DNA of 64,000 nt from an uncultured Gemmatimonadales bacterium (GTDB lineage: Bacteria; Gemmatimonadota; Gemmatimonadetes; Longimicrobiales; Longimicrobiaceae), in assembly GCA_963716255.1 (NCBI GenBank), contig OY970303.1, positions 7,936,001 to 8,000,000 on the forward strand, given 5' to 3'. The translations under genes were made by a program, and so were the position numbers. The notes under the pieces were generated by a model. That model did not search any database and was not told the origin of the DNA. It saw only the letters and a list, made by a program, of their open reading frames with translations. Shown here piece after piece: positions 1 to 8,860 of the stretch. The first letter of the stretch is position 1, and each line of letters starts with the position of its first letter.

Positions 1-2
1 TC

Positions 3-1820
3 CACTACCTGGGCACGCAGAACCGGCTGGAGGAGTTCTTCCGGCTGGCGCCGCTCTGCAACGTGGTGATGATCTCCAGCATGGACGGGCACACCCGGTA
101 CTACCTCAAGGAGTTCCCGGAGCTGATGGAGAAGTACCAGGCGCGCACCCCGCTCTGGTACCTGGGCGGCAACCTCACCATCGGCGACTCGCTGGGCTAC
201 GAGCAGATCTTCCGGGAGATGGGGCTGGACCGCGTGTTCGTGAAGTTCACCGACCTGCGGCAGGTGCTCCAGACGCTCCAGGCCGACCTGTCCACCCGCG
301 AACCCGTCGCCGAGTCCGCCACCCTGCTCGCCGAGACGCCGCGCATCGCGGCCGCCTACGCCACCTCGGTGGGCGACGACCGGCTGGACCCCGACGCGTT
401 CGACCGCGACCGCCGCGAGGTGCTGGAGCACTGGAAGACCGGCGCCCGCGCCCGCCACCTGGACGAGAACGCCGAGTTCCTGGGGCGGCAGCCCAGCTTC
501 GCGGCCCTGCAGGCCGCCGCCAACGCCGGCGCGCGCGAGATGCTGGTGCAGCCCCGCTCCGGCGTTCCGCTGGTGGACGACCAGATCCGCCTGTTCCGCG
601 CCTTCAAGGCCGCGGGGGCGTCCGTCCTTTCCTACCAGGTGGACTCGCTCACCCGCAACAACAACTACGTGGGCGCCGACGAGGTCATCCGGGAGAGCCG
701 CGCCACCGGCGTCGCCTCGCTCAACGGCTTCCCCGTCGTCAACCACGGCGTCCCCGGGCTCCGGCGGGTGGTGCAGCGGGTGAAGGTGCCGCTCCAGGTG
801 CGCCACAGCACCCGCGACCCGCGCCTCCTCGCCGAGGTGTCGTACGCGGGGGGCGTCACCTCCTTCGAGGGCGGCGCCATCTGCTACAACATCCCCTACT
901 ACAAGGACTACCCGCTGGCCGAGTCCATCCGCGCCTGGCAGTACGTGGACTACCTCACCGGGCAGTACCACGAGCGCTTCGGCATCGTGCTGGACCGCGA
1001 GTACTTCGGCACGCTCACCGCCACGCTGATCCCGCCCTGCCTGGCGATCTCCACCGGGATCCTGGAGGCGATCCTCGCCGTGCAGCAGGGGGTCCGGTGC
1101 GTCAGCCTGGGCTTCGCGGAGAGCGGCAACCGCACCCAGGACGTGGCCGCCATCCGCACCCTGCGAGCGATGACGGAAGAGACGCTGCGCAACCTGGGGC
1201 ACGCGGACGTGCAGGTGAACACCGTGTTCCACCAGTACATGGCCGCCTTCCCCGACGCCCCCGCGCGCGCCGAGGAGCTGATCTTCAACTCCGCCGTCAC
1301 CGCCAAGCTCTCCGGCGCGACGCGGGTGATCGTGAAGACGCCGGTGGAGGCCCGCCGCATCCCCACGCTGGAGGACAACGTCGACGGCCTGGGGCTGGTG
1401 GCCCGCGGCATCGCCTCCGCCGCGTCCGAAATGCTGGACGAGCCCGCCATCGCCGCCGAATGCGCAGTGATCCGCCGCGAGGTGCAGGCCATCCTGGACG
1501 CCGTGGTGATGGCCGGGCGGGGAAGCATGGCCCAGGGGATCGTGGAAGCCTTCCGCACCGGGATCCTGGACGTGCCCTTCTCCCCCAGCATCCACAACCG
1601 CGGCGAGGTGGCCACCGCCCGCGACGTCACGGGGGCCATCCGCTTCCTGACCGTGGGCGGGCTCCCCTTCGACCGCGAGACCCGCGAGTTCCACCGGGAG
1701 CGCATGGACGAGCGGCGCCGTGCGGATGGCATCAGCGACTCCCAGGCGTATCTTCTCGTCGAGCAGGACGTGCTGCAGATTCCGCGGGGGCAGTACCGGA
1801 GGTGGCCGCTTTCGGCCTGA
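3..1820 (+). CDS. B12-dependent glutamate (methylaspartate) mutase, S (B12-binding) and E subunits fused; 5' end outside window
   Basis: Frame is open from base 3 (HYLGTQNRLEEFF..VMISSMDGH..WYLGGNLTIG..FREMGLDRVF, GlmS-like). It continues without a stop into GlmE motifs VQPRSGV, DSLTRNN, LNGFPVVNHG, QVRHST, EGGAICYNIPY, REYFGTLTATLIPP. Confidence 0.88.
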   Translation, partial: HYLGTQNRLEEFFRLAPLCNVVMISSMDGHTRYYLKEFPELMEKYQARTPLWYLGGNLTIGDSLGYEQIFREMGLDRVFVKFTDLRQVLQTLQADLSTREPVAESATLLAETPRIAAAYATSVGDDRLDPDAFDRDRREVLEHWKTGARARHLDENAEFLGRQPSFAALQAAANAGAREMLVQPRSGVPLVDDQIRLFRAFKAAGASVLSYQVDSLTRNNNYVGADEVIRESRATGVASLNGFPVVNHGVPGLRRVVQRVKVPLQVRHSTRDPRLLAEVSYAGGVTSFEGGAICYNIPYYKDYPLAESIRAWQYVDYLTGQYHERFGIVLDREYFGTLTATLIPPCLAISTGILEAILAVQQGVRCVSLGFAESGNRTQDVAAIRTLRAMTEETLRNLGHADVQVNTVFHQYMAAFPDAPARAEELIFNSAVTAKLSGATRVIVKTPVEARRIPTLEDNVDGLGLVARGIASAASEMLDEPAIAAECAVIRREVQAILDAVVMAGRGSMAQGIVEAFRTGILDVPFSPSIHNRGEVATARDVTGAIRFLTVGGLPFDRETREFHRERMDERRRADGISDSQAYLLVEQDVLQIPRGQYRRWPLSA

Positions 1821-1832
1821 ACTGATACGACT

Positions 1833-2183
1833 GGGTTGGGCGTGCCCCCGGCGGGCGCCGGGGTCGGGCTTCGGCTCCGTAAGCCCGCAAACAACGCGGG
1901 CTAACGGAGTCGAGCCCCGGCGGAAACAACCCCGCCGGGTCTCGCCCCTTCGGGCCGGAATCCCTCACGCGACGGCGGCCCCCTCCCCCGCAAGCGGGAG
2001 AGGGGGAGAACCACGAACGACACGGCTGTTGCCGTTGGGATCTGCGCCGGGAGGTCGGGGGAGGGTCCGCAGGCGGTGCGTTTGTTCGAAGCCAGCGTGA
2101 TCCCGCCGACCTGCTCCACCGGCGGGCGAGTTTCACACCGCCGGAGGAGCCTCCCCCGGCCGACCACCTACCCGGAGCCCGCC
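1833..2183 (+). repeat. Composite intergenic hairpin repeat, copy 1 (modules A 1838-1971, B 1981-2008, C 2028-2180)
   Basis: GGGCGTGCCCCCGGCGGGCGCCGGGGTCGGGCTTCGGCTCCGT...ATCCCTCACGC recurs 6 times in the window. Module C (GTTGCCGTT..TTGTTCGAAGCCAGCGTGATCCCGCC..) recurs 4 times. Confidence 0.9.
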
Positions 2184-2248
2184 GGAGCAGACCGCCGTAC
2201 ATGCCGACACCGGCCAAACGGCACGATTCAAATCATGGAGTGTTGCGG

Positions 2249-3004
2249 ATGATCGAAGGTGAGGGCAGGGAGGTGCTGGGGATCCTCGGCGGGATGGGGC
2301 CCCTGTCGTCCGCCGAGTTCCTGAAGACCATCTACGAGTGCACGCTGGGCGACCAGGAGCAGGACTCGCCCACCGTGGTGATGCTGTCGGAGCCGGCGTT
2401 CCCGGACCGGACCACCGCCTTCCTGGCGGGCGAGGACGACTCGGTGCTGGAGATGCTGGTTCCGGCGCTGCAGCGGCTCCGCGACGCCGGCGCCACGCGC
2501 ATCGTGATGTGCTGCATGACCGTGCACCACCTGCTGCCGCGCGTGCCGCCGGAGCTGCGCGAGCGGGTGGTGTCCATGCCGCGGCTGCTGACCGAGCTCC
2601 TGCTGGAGACCCGGGGGCGGCACCTGCTGGTGTCCTCCAGCGGGACGCGGGCGTTCCGGCTGCTGGAGCGCGAGCCGCTGTGGGAGCAGGTGCGCGACCG
2701 GGTGGCGCTGGCCAGCGACGAGGACCAGGCCATCATCCACCGCGACCTCATCTACCCCATGAAGCGGCCGTGCGACCTGGACGCGCAGGCCGAGCTGCTG
2801 GAGCGCATGCTGGACCGGTACGACGCCGACGGGTTCGTGGTGGGGTGCTCCGAGGTGCACATCCTCGCCAAGCACGTGCGCGCCGCCGGGCGGACGTGGA
2901 GCTGCGTCGACGGGTTCCGGCACATCGCCGAGGGGCTCGCGGCCGCGCCCGCGGCGGGGGTGACGGCGGGTGGGAGCGCGGCCGCGGACGCCACGCCCTT
3001 GTAG
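2249..3004 (+). CDS. Aspartate/glutamate racemase family protein
   Basis: LGILGGMGPLSS N-terminus, FPDRT, two catalytic Cys motifs (MCCMTVH, VGCSE). Start chosen at the ATG after GGAG. Confidence 0.88.
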   Translation: MIEGEGREVLGILGGMGPLSSAEFLKTIYECTLGDQEQDSPTVVMLSEPAFPDRTTAFLAGEDDSVLEMLVPALQRLRDAGATRIVMCCMTVHHLLPRVPPELRERVVSMPRLLTELLLETRGRHLLVSSSGTRAFRLLEREPLWEQVRDRVALASDEDQAIIHRDLIYPMKRPCDLDAQAELLERMLDRYDADGFVVGCSEVHILAKHVRAAGRTWSCVDGFRHIAEGLAAAPAAGVTAGGSAAADATPL

Positions 3005-3135
3005 GCTCGGGAGTTGTCCGATAAAATATGACCGGCCCGCGGGGCGGAGCTTCCGGCTCCCGCCCGGCCGCGCGGGCCGGCTCCGTTCTCCGGCCCGTCC
3101 ACGCCGACGGCGCTTCACCCTCCGCAGGACGTGCA

Positions 3136-5871
3136 ATGCACCGACGACCCACCCTCCTCCGGCTGGCGCTCCCGCTCTGCGGCACGCTGGCCGCAGGCGC
3201 CGCCGCCGCGCAGCAGCCCGCGCGCCCCGCGCCCACCCCCGCCGCCGAGCTGCGCACCCCGGTGCTCCAGGCCTCGCGCGCGACCGGGGGCATCCGCGTG
3301 GACGGACGCCTGGACGACGCCGCCTGGGCCGCCGCCGAGGTCGCGAGCGACTTCGTGCAGACCCGCCCCACCCCCAGCGCGCCCGCCAGCCAGCGGACCG
3401 AGGTGCGCATCGTGTACGACGAGGCCGCGCTCTACGTGGCCGCGCGCATGTACGACGACCGCCCCGACTCCATCGCCGCCCCGCTGGCCCGGCGCGACGT
3501 GGCCAGCGGCCTGTACTCCGACTGGTTCGACGTGCTCGTGGACAGCTATCACGACCGCCGCACCGGCTTCCGCTTCGCCGTGAACCCCCGCGGCGTCCGG
3601 CGCGACGTGTACCACTCCAACGACGCCAACGAGGACGCCAGCTGGGACCCCGTCTACGAGGTCGCCACGGCGGTGGACTCGGCCGGGTGGACCGCCGAGT
3701 TCCGCATCCCCCTGTCGCAGCTGCGCTTCCCCCGCGCCGCCGCGGGCGCCGAGCGCACCTGGGGGGTGAACTTCTCGCGCACCCTGGCCCGCCGCGACGA
3801 GATCGCCTTCTGGTCCGAGCTGCCCCCCAACTACACCGGGCTGGTGTCGCGCGCCGGCGACCTGCGCGGGCTGGTGGGCATCGGCACCCCGCGGCGGCTG
3901 GAGGTGGTGCCCTACACCAGCGCCCGGCTCACCCGCGAGCCCGGCGAGTCGCGCGACCCCTTCTTTTCCGAGAACGAGGTCGCCGGCTCCATCGGCGCCG
4001 ACGTCAAGGCCGGGCTCCCCGGCGGGCTGACGCTCAGCGCCACCATCAACCCGGACTTCGGGCAGGTGGAGGTGGACCCCGCGGTGGTCAACCTGTCCGC
4101 CTTCGAGACGCTGCTCCCGGAGAACCGCCCCTTCTTCGTGGAGGGCGTGGACATCTTCCGCTTCGGCAACCTGCTCAGCTTCATCAGCCCCGGGTACGCG
4201 CCGTTCTTCTACACGCGGCGCATCGGGCGCGCGCCGCAGCTCGGCGCGCAGCTCCCCGCCGGCGTGCCGGTGGAGTACCTGGACGTCCCCACCCAGTCCA
4301 CCATCCTGGGCGCCGCGAAGGTCAGCGGACGCACCCCGGGCGGGTGGTCCGTCGGCATCCTGGACGCCGTCACCGGCAAGGAGAACGGGCGCTACGCCGC
4401 CTTCGACTCCGCCACCGGGCGCTTCAACACCGTGGAAAGCCCGGTGGAGCCGCTCAGCAACTACTTCGTGGGACGCGCGCGGCGCGACTTCCGCGCGGGG
4501 AACACGCTGCTCGGCGGCATCGTCACGGCCACCCACCGCGACATGGGGGACGACGTCTTCGACGCGTTCCTCCGCTCCAGCGCGTACATCGGCGGGATCG
4601 ACGCCGAGCACTCCTGGAACAGGCGGACCTACGCGCTCAGCGGCTACGTGGCCGGCTCGCAGATCAACGGCTCCCCGGAGGCCATCGCGCTGACCCAGCG
4701 GTCCAGCGCGCGCTACTTCCGCCGCCCCGACGCCGACTACCTGACGTACGACTCCACCCGCACCTCCATGCAGGGGTACAGCGCGGCCATCGCCTTCCGC
4801 AAGACCGGCAACTGGCGGGGGTCGTTCTACTACCAGGAGATCAGCCCCGGCTTCGAGATCAACGACGCCGGCTACCAGACCCGGGTGGACCAGCGCGTCT
4901 TCAACGGGCTGTACGGCTACCGGCGCAGCAAGCCGGGGCCCACCTTCCGCGACTGGTTCGTGCGCGCGTTCACGGCGCAGCAGTGGAACTTCGGCGGCGA
5001 CCACATCAGCTCGTCGTACAGCGTCCGGGCCAACGCCACCCTCAACAACCTGTGGAACGCGACCAGCACGGTCACCTACGGGCCGCGCACCCTCAACGAC
5101 CGGCTGACGCGCGGCGGCCCGCTGGGGCTCACCCCCAGCTTCTACGGTGGCGACGCCCTGGTGGGGTCCGACCCGCGCAAGCCGCTGGTGGGCGCCGTGC
5201 AGGGCTCCTGGGCCAAGGACGAGATCGGCGGGACCAACAAGGTGCTGGTGGCGTCGCTGTCCGGCCGCCCCACCGAGACCCTCCGCTTCAGCGTGGAGCC
5301 GCAGGTGGTCTGGGACCACACCATGGACCAGTACGTCGCGGCGGCGACGGATGCCACCGCCACCGCCACCTTCGGGCGCCGCTACGTGCTCGCCGAGCTG
5401 GAGCAGACCACCGTGGCCCTGGGGATGCGGCTGGACTGGACCTTCACCCCCACGCTCAGCCTGCAGCTGTACGCCGAGCCGTTCGTGAGCGCCGCCGAGT
5501 TCTCCGACTACAAGGAGCTGGTGAGGCCGCGCTCCTTCGAGACGGCGACGTACGGCGTGGACCGCGGCACCATCGAGGAGTTCGCCCCCAACCGGTTCCG
5601 CGTGGACCCGGACGGGACGGGGCCGGCCCGGGCCTTCGCCTTCGGGCAGGCGTTCGGGCAGAGCGACTTCAACCTGCGCTCGCTGCGGGGGAACGCGGTG
5701 ATGCGCTGGGAGTGGCGGCCGGGATCCACGCTCTTCTTCGTCTGGCAGCAGGAGCGGGAGGGGCTGGAGTTCTTCGGCGACTTCGACGGGGGCCGGGAGT
5801 TCCGCGGCATCTTCGACTCGCCGCAGCGCAACGTGTTCCTGATCAAGGCCACGTACTGGCTGGCGCCGTGA
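3136..5871 (+). CDS. Secreted/outer-membrane CBM9-like + DUF5916 protein
   Basis: Signal peptide MHRRPTLLRLAL..AAAAQ; IRVDGRLDDAAW, RTEVRIVYD, GWTAEFRIPLSQLRF, TINPDFGQVEVD, ENRPFFVEG, FYTRRIG; C-terminal FLIKATYWL. Confidence 0.82.
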   Translation: MHRRPTLLRLALPLCGTLAAGAAAAQQPARPAPTPAAELRTPVLQASRATGGIRVDGRLDDAAWAAAEVASDFVQTRPTPSAPASQRTEVRIVYDEAALYVAARMYDDRPDSIAAPLARRDVASGLYSDWFDVLVDSYHDRRTGFRFAVNPRGVRRDVYHSNDANEDASWDPVYEVATAVDSAGWTAEFRIPLSQLRFPRAAAGAERTWGVNFSRTLARRDEIAFWSELPPNYTGLVSRAGDLRGLVGIGTPRRLEVVPYTSARLTREPGESRDPFFSENEVAGSIGADVKAGLPGGLTLSATINPDFGQVEVDPAVVNLSAFETLLPENRPFFVEGVDIFRFGNLLSFISPGYAPFFYTRRIGRAPQLGAQLPAGVPVEYLDVPTQSTILGAAKVSGRTPGGWSVGILDAVTGKENGRYAAFDSATGRFNTVESPVEPLSNYFVGRARRDFRAGNTLLGGIVTATHRDMGDDVFDAFLRSSAYIGGIDAEHSWNRRTYALSGYVAGSQINGSPEAIALTQRSSARYFRRPDADYLTYDSTRTSMQGYSAAIAFRKTGNWRGSFYYQEISPGFEINDAGYQTRVDQRVFNGLYGYRRSKPGPTFRDWFVRAFTAQQWNFGGDHISSSYSVRANATLNNLWNATSTVTYGPRTLNDRLTRGGPLGLTPSFYGGDALVGSDPRKPLVGAVQGSWAKDEIGGTNKVLVASLSGRPTETLRFSVEPQVVWDHTMDQYVAAATDATATATFGRRYVLAELEQTTVALGMRLDWTFTPTLSLQLYAEPFVSAAEFSDYKELVRPRSFETATYGVDRGTIEEFAPNRFRVDPDGTGPARAFAFGQAFGQSDFNLRSLRGNAVMRWEWRPGSTLFFVWQQEREGLEFFGDFDGGREFRGIFDSPQRNVFLIKATYWLAP

Positions 5872-5902
5872 GGTTTTCCTGATCGAGGTCGTGTGAATGC
5901 GG

Positions 5903-5940
5903 GAGAGGCCGCTCCGGGTTCGGAGCGGCCTCTTCTCGTT
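5903..5940 (+). terminator. Probable intrinsic terminator
   Basis: AGAGGCCGCTCCG-GGTT-CGGAGCGGCCTCT hairpin followed by TCTCGTT, about 30 nt after the stop codon. Confidence 0.55.
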
Positions 5941-5970
5941 GATGGCACGTCGTCGGGGGGGCGGAGCGTG

Positions 5971-6130
5971 GGGCCGCTCCGGAGCCGGACGATACAGCCG
6001 TCCGTCTCCTGCGCGGGTCGCGGAGCCCCGCCAAACTGCCGGCGGGTCTCCGCTCCAGCTCCGTGAGCCTCACGCAAACCGCCGCGTGAGTCTCCCTCCG
6101 CAACATCATGTGGGAACGGCGGCGAACTGC
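5971..6130. repeat. Triple-hairpin repeat (family E), copy 1
   Basis: Three tandem GAGC-stem-loop-stem-TCTC hairpins. Shares both ends with 20077-20234 (GGGCCGCT.CGGAGCC ... GAGTCTCCCTCCG..ATGTGGG..GAACTGC). Confidence 0.75.
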
Positions 6131-6142
6131 ACCGGCAGAAAA

Positions 6143-6209
6143 CCCTCCCCCAGAATTGGGGGATATAGGGGGAAAGCCGTGCGAGCCTCAAGCGAGCCGG
6201 GCGAGGGCC
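6143..6209. repeat. Repeat module D
   Basis: CCCTCCCCCAGAATTGGGGGA..GCGAGCCTCAAGCGAGCCGGG, also seen near 10321, 21383, 33490, 36811 and inverted near 17588, 55997, 61965. Confidence 0.8.
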
Positions 6210-6215
6210 GCCGTT

Positions 6216-8606
6216 CTACCGCGGCTCCACCGCCAGCGTCACCGCGTCGCGGCCGGCGCGCGGCATGGCCTTGAGGTGCAGCGTTCCCGTCGCGGCGTCG
6301 AAGAAGAAGCGGTCGCCGGGGCCGGCGTCCAGCTCGGCGAGGCTGGCGGCGGCGGCCAGGGGGCGGGCGGTGTCGGAGTCGCGGATCACCGCGAAGCGGG
6401 CGGAGGGGTAGGGAAGGGCAAAGCGCACCCACTCGCCCTCGGCCATGCGCGACACGCTCACGCGCGGACGGGGGAGCGCGCCGCCGGGACGGAGCGCGTA
6501 GGCGCGGCCGGGGACCAGCGAGAGCGCCACGGTCCTGGGGTTGCCGGACACCCCCACCATGGCGGCGGCGGCGCCGTCGTCGCGGCGCACCTCCAGCGGG
6601 GCGGCGCTCTCGGTGCCGGTGCTCTGCACGCGCACCTCCACGAAGCGCCCGCGGCACACGTGGGCGTTCCACTCGGCGCGGCGCGCGCAGGCCGCGGTCA
6701 CCAGCAGCGGGTTGTCCACGGCCACGAAGGCGCCCGCGGTGCCCGTGACGGAGCCGTCCGTGTCCAGGATCACGGCGGCGCGGTCACCGTCGCGGTCGGC
6801 GCGGGGGGGCTCCAGGTACACCGCGTTGGCGTTCTCCAGGCGGATCCCCTCCGCGAAGTTGCCGGTGCTCACCGGGAAGCCGTTGGCCCGGTTGAAGCCC
6901 AGGGCGCTCGCCGGGCGCTGGCCGCTGGGGGTGAAGTTGACGAACAGGCTCCCCCGCGCGCCCACGCGGCCGTCGTAGAACTCGTAGCCGCGGATGGGGA
7001 ACGAGGCGCTGGGGAGCGGCGAGCGGTTGTCGCTCTCGCCCACCACCACCGCGTCGTCCAGGAACGTTTCCGAGGCGGCGAAGGTGGCGCCGATGCCGTT
7101 GTCGGCCAGCATCGCCCCCACCAGCCGCTGGCTGCTGCCGCGCAGCCACACCGCGCGCCCCCCGTGCTTGTACGCGGTGAAGCCGCGGAACTCGGCCACC
7201 ACCGCGGGCGACTCGGCGGCGGGGTCCTGCCGGGGGCGGTAGGAGGTGGTCTCGGTGGTGCCGTCCGGGCGGGGCCCGTCGTCCACGTTGAGGCCGGCGC
7301 TGCGGTTGGAGTGCGCCACGTTCCCCGAGAACTCCCCGAGCGCCGCGCGGCGCGGCCACACCGAGGCGTTGGTGGACAGGCCGGTGGGGTGCTCCGGGAG
7401 CGCGTACCAGAAGCCGAAGCCCTGCGACCCCGCGGCCACGTTGCCGCGCACGGTGTTGCCGGGGTGCGTGATCCAGAAGGTCGCCGGGCGCGAGTCGGAG
7501 GGGAGAACCATCTCGCCGGCGGCGGGGGTGCGCGAGCGGAAGCCCAGGTTCCCCGCCAGCAGGTTGCCGGTCTCCACCCCGTCCTCCAGGAAGTAGCCGT
7601 GCCCCAGGTGGTCGTAGCAGACGTTGTCCTCCACCCGCGCGTCGTGCGAGCCGTGCACCGTCACGCAGCGGTTCTGCGAGCGCCAGATGCTGCTCCCGCG
7701 CAGGTAGCTCCCCTGCACGCTCCCGGCCATGTGCCAGTGGAAGGGGTAGCGGGCCACCCGGCCCTTCTGCCCCATCAGGTACAGCTCCACCCCCGCCACG
7801 TGCGTCGTCCCCGAGCCCATCACCATGATGTGCCCGCCGAGCCCGCCCGCCGAGGCGTCGTCCCCGCGGATGGTGACGTTGCGGGTGAGCAGCCCCACCT
7901 CCGCGCGCTCGTCCAGCGTGCGCCCGCCGAAGCGCTGCAGCGCGCCCCAGTGCGCCCAGCGGAGCGGCTGCTCCAGCATCACCGTCTTCCCGTACACCGC
8001 CTTCACCACCGCCTCCTCGGCCTGCAGCGGGTCGAAGTCGGTGGACGCGACGGCGATGCGGTCGCCGGCGCGCCAGTCGGGGGCGCGCTCCAGCACCAGC
8101 TGCGTGGCGCCCTTGGCGGCGGTCTCCGCCAGCCGCGTCCACCCCAGGCGATCCTCGCCGTGCAGCTCCAGCGTGCCGCCCAGCACCCCCAGCACCTTGG
8201 CGCCCATCCCCATCACGTCCTGCGCCGGGTCGCTCCCGGTGAGCGTGATCACGGCGCGGCGGCGGAACGGCTTCGCCTCGCTCCCGATGCGCAGCGTGCC
8301 TCGCACGGCGATCCACTCCGCCGTGAGCGCGAGGTCGCGCTCGTCGAAGGCGAGCGTGCCGTCCACCTCCAGGCTCTTGAGCGGCGGCGGCGACACGTCC
8401 AGCAGGATGCTGCGGTCGGCGGGGATGACCACCGCGGCGCCCGCCTGCGGCACCCCCGCGGGCCACGCCGCCGGGTCCGACCAGCGCAGCGGCGCCGGAC
8501 CGTCCGGCTCCGCGCCCGCGGGGTCCGTCCCCCCGTCCGTGCACGACGCGGCCAGGGCGGCGATCGCGAGCAGCGCCAGGAAACGGGGGAGCGGAGTGGC
8601 GGTCAT
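6216..8606 (-). CDS. Lipoprotein with G8 domain and CEMIP/TMEM2-like right-handed beta-helix
   Basis: Lipobox LAASC; G8 (WSDPAAW..VPQAGAAVVIP..GTLRIGSEAKPF); YPFHWH, RCVTVHGSH, GHGYFLEDG, TFWITHP, GFWY motifs. Confidence 0.8.
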   Translation of the reverse strand: MTATPLPRFLALLAIAALAASCTDGGTDPAGAEPDGPAPLRWSDPAAWPAGVPQAGAAVVIPADRSILLDVSPPPLKSLEVDGTLAFDERDLALTAEWIAVRGTLRIGSEAKPFRRRAVITLTGSDPAQDVMGMGAKVLGVLGGTLELHGEDRLGWTRLAETAAKGATQLVLERAPDWRAGDRIAVASTDFDPLQAEEAVVKAVYGKTVMLEQPLRWAHWGALQRFGGRTLDERAEVGLLTRNVTIRGDDASAGGLGGHIMVMGSGTTHVAGVELYLMGQKGRVARYPFHWHMAGSVQGSYLRGSSIWRSQNRCVTVHGSHDARVEDNVCYDHLGHGYFLEDGVETGNLLAGNLGFRSRTPAAGEMVLPSDSRPATFWITHPGNTVRGNVAAGSQGFGFWYALPEHPTGLSTNASVWPRRAALGEFSGNVAHSNRSAGLNVDDGPRPDGTTETTSYRPRQDPAAESPAVVAEFRGFTAYKHGGRAVWLRGSSQRLVGAMLADNGIGATFAASETFLDDAVVVGESDNRSPLPSASFPIRGYEFYDGRVGARGSLFVNFTPSGQRPASALGFNRANGFPVSTGNFAEGIRLENANAVYLEPPRADRDGDRAAVILDTDGSVTGTAGAFVAVDNPLLVTAACARRAEWNAHVCRGRFVEVRVQSTGTESAAPLEVRRDDGAAAAMVGVSGNPRTVALSLVPGRAYALRPGGALPRPRVSVSRMAEGEWVRFALPYPSARFAVIRDSDTARPLAAAASLAELDAGPGDRFFFDAATGTLHLKAMPRAGRDAVTLAVEPR

Positions 8607-8823
8607 GGGAACCCGGAGTGGGAGGGGGGAGGAAGGCGTCGCGCGGGACGGGGCGGCACAGGGCACCCGCCGTGCCGGGCAACCGGACGCGCAACGGGGA
8701 GGAAGCAACGCCTCGACGCGGCCGAGGCGATACGACTTAAACTGTTACAATCCTGGAGGATGCACACGATCACCTCCGGGCGTTTCAAAGACACCTCGTG
8801 GACTTTGTCGCGCCGAAAAGCTT

Positions 8824-8854
8824 GCCCCGGCGGGCAGAGTTTGCCCGCCGGGGC
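8824..8854 (-). terminator. Probable terminator of the Zn-ribbon gene
   Basis: GCCCCGGCGGGCA..TGCCCGCCGGGGC hairpin right after the stop at 8861, followed by AAGCTTTT on the minus strand. Confidence 0.5.
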
Positions 8855-8860
8855 CTCGTG

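Noticed and set aside
1838..1971. Module A as a riboswitch (e.g. cobalamin, given the mutase) or ribozyme
   Set aside because: No B12-box or hammerhead core seen; occurs in both orientations next to unrelated genes.
3..3004. Mutase and racemase as part of the 27-64 kb BGC
   Set aside because: Separated by 24 kb of housekeeping genes, and no A domain shows an Asp-type (DLTK..) code.
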